Origin: Amoebophrya sp. A120
Taxonomy: Eukaryota > Protista > Dinoflagellata
Length of the DNA: 64,000 bases
Direction of reading: 5' to 3'
NCBI GenBank assembly: GCA_905178155.1
Contig: CAJINV010000005.1
Span: forward strand, 8,686,449 to 8,750,448
Below, piece by piece: positions 21,501 through 32,200 of this stretch. The number at the start of each line of letters is the position of its first letter. Position 1 is the first letter of the stretch. The translations under genes and the position numbers were made by a program. Under the pieces are notes generated by a model, which ran no database searches, was not told where the DNA came from, and was given only the letters and a program-made list of their open reading frames with translations.

Positions 21501-23047
21501 ACTAACCGCACGGCCCAGGGGCAAAAGCCCTAGGTCAGCGCGGGGACTCGGTCCCCGCGTCATGACCTAGGGGCCAGCTTTGGGCGCTTCCCGGAGACTA
21601 GCCGCACGGCCCAGGGGCAATCAAAAGCCCTAGGTCAGCGCGGGGACTCGGTCCCCGCGTCATGACCTAGGGGCCAGCTTTGGGCGTTTCCCGGAAACTA
21701 GCCGCACGGCCCAGGGGCAAAAGCCCTAGGTCATCGCGGGGACTCGGTCCCCGCGTCATGACCTAGGGGCCAGCTGCAGATCCAGCGCCAGACTCTTCCT
21801 TTCTGTTCTCTTTGTTCGCGGTAGGTTAACGGGCCTAGTGTGGGCAAGCAGAGGGGCTCCGTCCGCAGATCTGTCGTGGATCAGAGGACGCAGGCCACAC
21901 AGAAACACCGGGCTGCAGTGGTCTGCCTACCCAGTGCCACCACAACCCCCGAACTCGTCCCAGACAAATGCCGGAAGGTCGCCGCACGGGGACTCTGTCC
22001 CCGTGCTCGGACCTTGTTTGTGATGCAAGACTTGCATTTATACGAGGAATACGATACTTTTGCACTGGATATAGAGGATTGAAGGATCTCTTCCGCGTTT
22101 GCGTCGTGGGTGTTCGCTGGAATTATGCTGGTGACGTCCCCCTCACATCCGGGTTGTGCAGCATTCGGTGATCTCCTGCAGGAGCCACGATTTTTACCTC
22201 CTCGCCCACAGGAGAACGTGTTTCCGAGCCTTTGTAATACGGTTGCGTAGAAGGGGTTGTTGTTCTGTCCATGCTCCTGCTGTTCGTCGGAAGAAGACGC
22301 GCCGCTGAAGTCGGCGGTGCCAGCACTTGTTGTGCCACCTTCGGGAGGACCACCTATGCGGACGCGAACCTCTGATTCCTCTTGGTCACCATCCGTCCCC
22401 GAATCATCTACACCGGCACGGTCTGGTGTGGTTGTGCCGGAAACTGGCTGGGAAGAGGAAGATGACCGTTTTCGGTAGTTGAAGAAACCAGCTCTGTTCT
22501 TTCCGAAAAGTCTTTGGAAAATACCGGTCGGCTGACCATCGGGACGTGACGAAGTTCTTCCGTCGGATGTTGCTGAGCCCGGTCCTTCGCCACCAGAAGA
22601 TGATCTGGAGCGCGTAGTTCGAAGCGGCGGGGCACCAGTAGTGCTGCTTCCGGCAAGAAGTCGGTGCGCGGACACTTCTGTTGGTAAATAACCTGTTGTA
22701 GGAGATGCGCTGTAGCTATTGTGGACGACCCAATTGCTCCACCCGGTGAAACAAAAAAGGCACGACAAAACGAACGGCACCAGGCTGCTGCAGTGAAGAA
22801 AAAAGCGGCCACGACGACGCACTGCAAGAACCATCTTTTGTATCATCTTTATTTGCAGCATCTTTTGCAGGGGGCCCGGGAGGTGGATCAGGATCTCGAC
22901 GGCGTAGTACCCGTTTGTTGTTAGTTTTGATCTCACTCTACGGGAGAAGCGATGAAAGTCTCTCTGATCTGTAACGAGGCCTGTTAGCTTCAAAGGGCGG
23001 GTGGCGGCTAACAAGTTGTAGAATAAATTCACTCGGTTCAATATCAT
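15548..23047 (-). CDS. Large hypothetical Ser/Gly-rich protein with an N-terminal hydrophobic segment and a Cys/Arg-rich region; 7 introner introns
   Basis: Long minus ORFs 21881-23047, 18685-19968, 16993-18495 and 15548-16318 are separated by TIR elements; no family recognised; start uncertain. Confidence 0.65.
16318..16624. mobile_element. TIR introner family E
   Basis: tatagaagcgtcaggattgaaatcgtcaaagttgaaat...atttcaactttgtcgatttcaaacctgacgcttccata, perfect DR attca. Confidence 0.92.
16874..17023. mobile_element. TIR introner family A
   Basis: tatcaactgcgaaagtatcgta...tacgatacctttgcaatgcata, DR aaaa(a/c). Confidence 0.85.
18410..18618. mobile_element. TIR introner family F
   Basis: tatccaagaaaaaaac...gtttttttcttggata, perfect DR cagga. 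Confidence 0.92.
18683..18949. mobile_element. TIR introner family B
   Basis: tatcaaatgcaaatatgtccggg...gatatttgcaatgcata, DR cctc(t/c). Confidence 0.87.
19921..20071. mobile_element. TIR introner family A
   Basis: tatcctgtgcaaaag...cttttgcagttcata, perfect DR tcctg. Confidence 0.9.
20157..20306. mobile_element. TIR introner family A
   Basis: tatgcattgcaaaagtatcgcact...agtgcgatacttttgcactggata, DR (c/t)gcga. Confidence 0.9.
20753..20930. repeat. ~11-bp minisatellite (cacaccccaga)n
   Basis: Seen directly inside the nested element. Confidence 0.85.
21038..21775. repeat. Tandem array of 8 units of ~92-103 bp, each with a long palindrome
   Basis: gccctaggtcagcgcggggac-tcg-gtccccgcgtcatgacctaggggc; gtcatgacct at 21072, 21164, 21267, 21367, 21463, 21559, 21659 and 21755. 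Confidence 0.92.
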
Positions 23048-26000
23048 TTGCTCTTCCAGCAGCTGGCCGAGTGCTGCTCTTGTACGTAGAAAAACTATAT
23101 TTGACGCACTGCTACAAAAGATCCTTTGAAAAAACGTGTCGTCCGTCCATAATCACAGGATCGTGACGACATTCCAAGTGCACGCTGCACGCGGAAGCTC
23201 GGCACAGAACACAAAGCCACCTAGCGGTGTTTTTACACAAGCACCTTGCTGTGGCCCGCTGCACGACCAACAGGCCTCAGTTCTTTTGCGAGTATGACTA
23301 GCACCTCTGGCCATCGAGGAACCCTGAAGAACAAGTGTTGAAGTACTAAATGCTATCGTCGAACCGGGCTTTCACTTATCAAGCCGGTGGTAATCATAAT
23401 GCTGAGTAGGGCTCGCATTCGAGTTTGAATGTGTTGTAGTCCTTTTTAGAAGTAGTACGAATGAAAGAATTGTTTCTATTGTTGTAGAGGAAAACGAAAA
23501 GAGACGCAAACCCCCAGAGGAAGATCTACATATCTTGGTGGTGCAAAAATAGGGTCTGCGACGAGGACACAATCGACCACGTAGAACTGCGATCGTCCCA
23601 GAGCAGCCGTTGTTTTCTTGTCCCCTTAGCAGCAGCTAGCTTGTTCACCTGCTTCTTTACGGTATCGCGATTTTTACGGGGGAAAAATCTGTGGTGGTTT
23701 TGTTCGTCTCAAATGAGATCATCTCGGAGCGAGGTGCTTCGAAGTAAACCTAGTAGTGCTGGTTTTTTTATCGTGTGCTATCGTGTTGAGATGCATTCGA
23801 TCCTTGTGGTCACCTCCTATAGCCTATAAACATACGTGCTTAATAGGCCAGCTAGCAGCCACAGCATGAGCGGAAACGGCGTTTCTACCCTCGCTAGTAT
23901 TTGCTATCCAGAGGACAGATCGTCAAAAGCCGACGGACACGATCTCGGATCTTTCTGGTTTATAATTCTGAAGATACAACCGTATAATATAAGAAAGCAA
24001 ATTCAGCTTTTACGTTGCAAAGTTGCTAATGCTAGGTTTGGTAGGTACTTACAAATGTTAATGTTATTGACACTTTACTTAGTGCTTGTTGTTATTGTCG
24101 TGCAAGAAATCTCAATATCAGATCCTTCTTTACTAAACCTTTCGTTTATCCATTTCCTCCACCGAAAGGGGGAAATTCGACAGAAGTTCTTGTAGATACG
24201 CAGCTTACAATTTTCGGTTGTTCTAACAAACGTCCAAAAAAAAAATTTTGGGAACGATGGCCATGATGTAACACTTTCAAAAAAAAACTATGTGAAAAAG
24301 CTTCTTTCTTTCAATAAAAATCAAAGACGTTTATGTTGCTTTCATTTTTCAAGCTCCATTTCTTTTTCATGTTTTGCAGATTTTTTTTTGTTCAATTTTT
24401 TTGAACTGCAATGCCTGTTTCTTTGATAAGTTAGAGGCGCTACGCCCTTCAGCCCCCCCGTTCGGCTACGTCTCGGATCTTGCACCTCAGTCTGGCAAAA
24501 GTCGATCCTTTTTATCGAGTCTGCCGCCCCAGAAGTAAGCTCCTACAAAGTGCGTCACCGAGAGAGACCTGCCCTTTTTTGCATAGGGCAAATCCGAAGT
24601 CGGGAGGAGCAACGCTGGCGGGCTGTCTTACTATTCGTATGCTATAACAAGCTAAATTTTACGTATAAATACAATTTCAGTTTTGGTTTTTTCATAGATG
24701 GATTGGCTTTGATTTTCGACCAGAGCAGCAGTCTTTTCGGAGTTCGAAAATAAGCACTACTTCTAGTTTTCCATTCAAGAGTAGTACTTCACTGGTCTTC
24801 GAGGATTTATTCTTTCATATTTTTTAATATCCTTTTCTTTCGAGAAATGCTGGCAGGAATATTGAAAACAGTCTTGCTGCCGCTGCGTTTTCCTTGGACG
24901 CTTTGTTACTGAAATCGTGGTCGCGTATCATGGAAATGGAAATACTCTGATACTATACTTCTTGCACGTCACTTACTTTGCTTTTGCAACTGTCACTGAC
25001 TTCGTCATGTTTTCAAACTCGAAGTGTGGCAGCCTACTGTTACTGTAGGACCTTCTACTTGCTCCAACTCACAAAATCCCACGTACAGTGTCTGAAAAAA
25101 ATGGATTTACGTTTTAGTTGTGATGCACCTGCGCCAGCATCTGGTAAAATTCCAAAAAAAACACTTACAACTGCCAAACCAGATAAAATTGATGCCACAA
25201 ATCAAAATCCTTTAAGACTGGTGCAACTCTACACATCTACACAGAAACGCAATATCATGCGTGCCCCAGCGGAGAGGAGAGAGATGAACGGCCGCACTAA
25301 TTAATAGAATCTGCGACGATTAGTGCGTGCAAAAAAATAAAAGATGACCCTGCTTCATTTGCGCATCACAAAATAAAGCACAGGCTAACCTTCGTCGTAA
25401 TCATTTCTAGAGGGATACTTATAATGCTATGGCACGACAATAATGAGTATCCTGAAATTCGTATGGAAAATATAATCGCATACGGGACGTAGAAGCAGTA
25501 CCAATTATACCACAACGGTTAGATCTTCGAGATGTTGAGCGAAATGATTCCCTCCGAGCACTTCTAGCGGCCCCACTCTTGAAAAAACAACCATACCTGT
25601 ACGCTGCACGAGCTGCAGCTGCACAGCATAACTATGGTATCATAAAATTGATTGATGGAGCTGAGCAATCGTATCAAACACTTTTGCGGATAGCGTTTCT
25701 GCTGGACAAAGAATATGACGAGAGCCTTGCGGCCCCGGTCCCGATGATTGAAAGAAGAAGTGATGTCATAATATAATCAATCTTGGGGTGTAGCATAATT
25801 GAAAACAGTTGTCTACAATACGCGCCAGTGATTGGAACGCCTTGTAGTACAAAAAGCTACACGACGACCGTTGTAGTTCAACTTTCTACAAGTTGGTCCC
25901 GAGGAAAGTAGAACTGTGTCTCGCTGTGACAGTGGTTGGGTGCCAAAATAACGAGCTGATATATTGCAAAATGTTACTGTAGGCCTAATTGCAAAATGTT

Positions 26001-26203
26001 ACTTTTTACACTCACATCAATTTTGACAAATCAGTCAAGAACTTTTCCAACAAAGAATAAATACTAGAAGCATTTTTCCAGCTTCGCAAAAAATTCAAAT
26101 CACAACTATTGGTGGATTTGATCGATTCACAAATTATTCCGTGTCTCTACTCCTTAGGGTAGTTAATCCCAAACCGGGACGAGGAGTAGAGACTCTTTTC
26201 CCT

Positions 26204-29200
26204 TTACAACTGCTGTTTACCGTGTTTTTCTTTCTTCTGCAGCGTATGGATTGCAAAAATGTCTGGGTCTGGAAGAATACAAACTTGTGATGCGCGTTTC
26301 AGAACACCGAAAACCCTCTCATGCATAGGTAGCAAAAGCTGCCCACTTTCTGTCACCAAAATTATGAGGGATGTGTCATGCGGATTCGGCATGGCGGAAG
26401 CTTCTTGAAACCTGTGATGCTAGAGCTTCCATGTCAGACCTTCTGCGTCATGCAAAAACAGCATGACTCTTCCAGACCCAGACACTTTTACATTTGATAC
26501 AGCGTCATCTTGAACCACTCATAGTACTTTTTCGGGTCCTATCAAATGCAAATATGTCTGGGTCTGGAAAGGTGGAACTTGTAATGCATATTTCACAACA
26601 CGCAAAAAACTCTCATGCATAGACAGCAGAAGCTACCCATTTTTGTCACCGGCAACATATGCGATTTGTCATGCGGATTAGGCAGCGACGCACCTTCTCA
26701 AAACCTGTAATGCTAGACCTTGCATGCCAGACCATCTGGGTCATGGGAAAACAGCATGACAAAAATCTGCATCCTTCCAGACCCAGACATGTTTGCAATG
26801 CATAGGTCCTGGTTCTGCGGCAGGCTGGGGTCCCGGTCGATACTGTGACGCGGGATTCCGTTTTTCGAGTGAGACTTCGGCAACAACTCGATGGTATTGT
26901 ACTCGTTGTTCCGCAACTTGTTCAGGTCGTAGTCATTCCCATGCGGCATGTGCTCCTCATACAACAACTCCTCTCGCGAAGGCGGCCGGGAGATGGGATC
27001 TTGATCTTCATTGGTCGCGCTGAACACTTGTTCGGGAGAAGATGAAGAAGAAGACGAAGAAGAAGAAGAACTGGCGGCGTTGTTGTTTTTCGTTTTCGCC
27101 TTCAGCTGCTCTCTTGCTTCCAAGTCCCACTTCGAGAGAAAAATACCACTCCCTGTGTACCGACTCGGCGTGGGGGCGGCAACAACCAGAGTATGCAAAG
27201 GAAAAATATCTTCATCAACATCTTCGCACAACTGCTAGAGATATATATTGAAATTTTTTCACAAGGAAATAAAATCGAATTTGTGATCATGCAGATTGCG
27301 GAGGTCAAGCAAATCTGTCATGCAACATGTAGTACTGCAATTTGTTCAGCAGTACGAGAATGCGATGAAGAACTCGTTCACACACGACCGGATACAAGCC
27401 ACTGCCGAGCGACTCCGACCCGTTGCGAGACCCGGTCTGGCGGGATTCCCGCGCCAAAGGTTCTTGATTGTCACCGACACAGACCGCTTCGCCCGTCGCG
27501 GCGGCGATGCTGGCCTTACGGGCAACATCGGAGGTCTGACGGATGATGGTGGGCAGGAGGGGGGGAGTAGAGGTAGAGCTAGAGGCAGAAGCAGCTTGTT
27601 CTACTCCTTCCACATCATGCTGGTCCTGGTTATCGTTATTTCCAGTTGCCGCGTTCTCTACATCGTTTTCCGCAGGCAGTTCTTCCAACGCGTCGTGAAA
27701 TTCCCAATGGTCGTAGGTTTCCGTACGGGCGTGGCCTGGAGTTGTACCATATCAAAAGGAAAAATCCCCCCTCCCCATACTGAAAGGGTATATTTTTGGA
27801 AATTTGTAATGCTGATTTGTGGCCACAAATCGTGTCTGTCTTGCAAGAAGGCAAGAACTCCACACCCAACCGCCGCACTGTGCAGGCGGTTTGTCATGTT
27901 GTCGGGCCTACAGTGCCGACGTTTTTCATGCTAAATGCCTAGGCCAAAACCTCTCTACTCACGCTTGGTATGGGCCTGCAGTGCTATCCAGCAAGACAGC
28001 TCGGATTTGTGTACACAAATCCAGCATCTGAAGTTTCGTTTTTATATGGGGAGGGGGGATGTTTCCTCTCAATATACCAGCACTAGCCGTCTGCAGCTGG
28101 TGGTCATTATTCATATTGTCGTGGTTTTGCCGCTGCTGCTGCTGCTCCCGCTCCTGCTGTGAGAGGACAAAAACAGTCTGATTGCCATTGCTCTCCACTT
28201 CATCCAGATGACACTCCGATAACGAACGCGACACAGATTCGTCGAACCCAAGGCACGCGGAGAGAGAAATACTTTTTGGTTCCTCCCGCTCCTGCTGTGT
28301 GAGGACAAAAACAGTCTGATTGCCAGTACTCTCTACTTCATCCAGATGACACTCCGATAACGAACGCGCCGCAGATTGTTCGAAGCCAAGGCACGCGGAC
28401 AGAGAAATACTTTTTGGTTCTACTACTTCGACGGATGATGTTGGGGGGGCTACTTCTGAGTTGTTGTTTTCAACATTCTTCGGCTCAAGCTGTAACGGCG
28501 TGTGGGCCGTGGCAGTAGCGAGCGTGGAAGAGGATGATGAGGGGGCTGCGTTATTTCTATTCCTCGACGAGAACGAAATTGCAGACAGACGCTTGCTATG
28601 CATTGCAAAGGTACCATCGGATTACATAGTACCAGCAGTAGCATTACAAATTTGCTCAGAAGTAGGAAAAATGCAATTTGTCAGGCCAAATTAGCTAAGA
28701 GCGAGGATCTGTCATGCTGTACTGCAAATAATTCGCGTGCGACAATACTTTTGCAATTCAAATTCATACTTGTGCTGTTCCACCAACTCCATCTGCTGCG
28801 CAAAGTTCTCCGCTTCCCGCATATGCGCCTGAATCTGCTCGCCCGTTACATCTTCTTTGATGCCGCAAAACAATCTTGCATCCGGCGCGCCAAAACAAGC
28901 AAGGCTGTTGCTTGAACTGCCCGAAGCGAGGCTGTTCCGGGAAGCTGGGACGGGCAGCTCGGGAAAAGTAGCAGCAGTGGTCGATTGTGTTAAATTACGG
29001 GATATATCAAATGCAAAAAGGTCTGGGTCTGGAAGAATACAAACTTGTGATGCCGATGCGCATTTCAGAACACAGAAAAATCTCTCATGCATGGGTAGCA
29101 AAAGCTGCCCACTCTCTGTCACCAAAGTGGGGGATTTGTCATGCGGATTCGGCATTGCGGAAGCTTCTCGAAACCTGTAATGCTAGAGCTTCCATGCCAG

Positions 29201-32200
29201 ACCTTCTGTGTCATGCAGAAACAGCATGACTCTTCCAGACCCAGACACTTTTACATTTGATATATATTATTGAAGGAGTTCATCGGAGGGAGCGGAGCAC
29301 CAGACATTGCAACGGGGATTTGATCGTAAGATGAATTTTTGCATGGGTATTGCTGATGCTGGTCGTTGCTGAAGGTAGTACTAAAGGCGGACTGCTGCAG
29401 CTCCGAAGAAGCAGAAGATGACTCACCATGCGACGAATTGAAGCTGCTGGACTGCTCAAATATAGACGGGTTATGATGTTCGTGCGGGAGCACCAGCGAG
29501 GCATTTGGACTTCCAGATGGCGGACTTCCACCAGCGGCATGATGAAACAAGGGGGCCCCACTTTGCTGGTGGCTGTACCCACCAGGCGGGTACATGTGGT
29601 TCATCGGCGGGTAGTTGTGGTGCCCTTCTTGAGCAGTGCCACTACCGCTCGGAACAAACGGCGCACCCCCGTAGCCGCCGCTGCCGCCCTGCTGATATAC
29701 CATGAACGAATGATGATGATCGCCCATTATGGCGTTCTCAACTGTTACATTCTCAACTGTTACATGGATTTGCGATGCAGAAATGGCAACAGTCTACGGG
29801 GTAAGCTTGCTGCTTTCGCATCACAGATTTGGCACATATTTAGATGCTGTTTGGCCTCTCGGAGATTTGTCATGCGAAGCAGCTTGGTCATCTGGCGGCT
29901 CAAGGTAGTCTTGCATGACAAACAAGGCCCACCCGAGCGTGGGGACAGGGTCCCCACGCTGGGGCCTTGTGCTCGTCCCTAGTGGCGCTAGTGGGGGAAG
30001 GGTGTTCGGCATCGGGGCGGACAGCGTCCGCCCCTCGCCTCACACCAGGCGCGCGCGTAGTGGCTTAGTGCGCAAAACGCTAGTGGGGGAAGGGTGTTCG
30101 GCATCGGAGCGGACAGCGTCCGCTCCTCGCCTCACACCAGGCGCGCGCGTAGTGGCTCAGTGCGCGAAGCGCTAGTGGCAAAAGGGCGAAGTAGGCGCCC
30201 TGCATTTTGCAAGACACAACAAAAATAGAGGCAAAGTAAATATCTCTGTGTGGCTGCTGCAAAAAAGTTCTCTAATATTGAAGCGCAACGCCTTTCCGAT
30301 TCCACAGAGCAAAGTAAGCAGCTGTCTCCTGGCCGTGCATTGCAGACATAGCCGCTTTTTTATTTTTGCATGGCAACGCAAAGACTTCTTTGTTTATGGA
30401 GGCAGTTTGTGTTACAGCTTTAATCTTTTCCATTTTTTGCGTCGCGTTTTTTTTTTTTGGCGCTTTTAGTCTATTCTTGTTTTTCACGTCAAGGTCAAGA
30501 GCGGCACTTGGCGTGAGAAATAAATATTTGCGCCCAGGCGCTGGTCTCGCCTGTGCTTTATCCTCTCGCTTCGCCTGTCGCGGCCACCTGTCAAGGTCAC
30601 CTGTCGAGGTCACCTGTCTAGGTCACCTGTCAAGGTCACCTGTCGCGGTCACCTGTCGCGGTCACCTGTCACGGTCACCTGTCGCCGGGGGGTAGGCGGG
30701 ACCAGAACCCGGAAGTCAAGCAATGTAAATATTAATTCATGTCACAGTTGAGAATGTGACAGTTGAGAATGCCATACCCATCATGTTGTAGTTCGGAGGT
30801 GGACCACACTGATGCTCCTGCGAACAACCTCCAGCTGGACCTCCACCCCCCATCGGTGTGGCGTTCTCAACTGTTACGCTCTCAGCTGCTACATGAATTT
30901 GTCATGCAAAATTGCCATCAGCCTCCTCTTGATCAAGGTGCTTAGCATGACAAATTTTCGAAGGGCTCAACAGCATGATAATCTGTGGCACATCTGTGAT
31001 GCGAAAGCTGCAATGTTGCCACTCTCACTTTTGCTGTTCTTGCATTACAAGTCCATGTAACAGTTGAGAATGTAACGTCTGAGAACGCCATAATCGGCCA
31101 CCCATGGTTGTAATGCGGCCCAGAGTGTACGTGTAGTCCCACCCCCGGAGGGGGCAAAAACCCGTGATTCTGAATGATGTAGTTGTTGATGATGGGTTGC
31201 TGCACGGCCGCAGCAGCTCCTGCGGCTGCAGCAGCTCCAGAGGCTGCTGCTGGTGCGAAGGCACCGGGCGCCGCTGCTCCTGCGCCGGAGGTCGACGTAG
31301 GGGGGTTGTTGGGGGAAAGCCCGATCTTCAGGAGCTCCGCCACCCTCGGGTTGTTCAGCATCTCCGCGACGGTGGTAGAAGGAGATTTGCTCTTCGCACC
31401 ATTATCCTTCAGCGCGACCTCGGCATGATCATCCGCCGAACAACCTTGTCCGCCCATCGGTTGTTCGGGCACAACTACGGTTTCGGTTGCTGGGATGTAC
31501 TGGGAAAAAGCTCCGCAACCGGGGCCAGCTAAATGCTGAAAGAATAAAGAATTGTCTTGTTGTTCTACTTCGCCGGTTTGAGAAGTTTGTTGCTGCTGCA
31601 AAGGCGTCTCAACAGAGTCGGGTAGTAAGGCAAGCCCGTTGGCACCATTGCTGCCATCGTTGGCGGTAACGGTATTCAAATCAAGAGAAGTACTAGTCGT
31701 GGTTACAACCGGGCGTCCCACGGTGGTGGTAGGAATGGCGGAAGCGGGGATTTCGAAATGCTGTTGCTGTTGGAGGTTCTTCTTCTTCGCGGAGGTATTT
31801 CTAACACTGGTCAACAACTTCGTTGCACTGTTCTTGTCACCTCCCGGAGTGGTGCTGGTACTTTTCTCACTCCCCTTCGAGGACGTCGTCGGCGAAGGTA
31901 CGATTTTTCTCTTGTTAGTCACAACCACCCGCCCGTTCCCGCCGAAGATATCCGGAGTTGCGTGTACCGTAGGAGGCTTCGGAACTCGAGCCGGCTCGGT
32001 ACTAGACGTACGCGTTACAGATTGCGTCCGCTCTGGGAAGAAAACTGATGGTTGTTGTATTTTGGCATGTATTTTAATTGCGAGCGTCGAACAAGTGGAT
32101 CATAGACATCTACAACTATTTTCTACAACATGTACATGATCCATTTCAGTAAAGTAATACTTTTACTTTACGTTTACCTCACAAAGTAGAAAAGTTGTCC

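Larger units (their letters stand above)
20606..22016 (+). mobile_element. Non-autonomous Helitron-like element nested in an introner
   Basis: a|ttactatcta start; 3' hairpin gcacggggactctgtccccgtgc + tcggac + cttg|t; no TSD; internal tandem arrays. Confidence 0.72.
20509..22071. mobile_element. TIR introner family A carrying a nested 1.4-kb element
   Basis: Perfect DR tagag; the host halves (20509-20605 and 22017-22071) rejoin to a normal ~152-bp family A copy. Confidence 0.9.

Noticed and set aside
21038-21775. CRISPR array
   Set aside because: The sequence between the palindromes is also repeated (no unique spacers), there are no cas genes, and the context is eukaryotic.
28478-28490. Other GGCTCAAG matches (also ~29897 and ~51775) as SL relics
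   Set aside because: They match only 8-9 nt, which is expected by chance.
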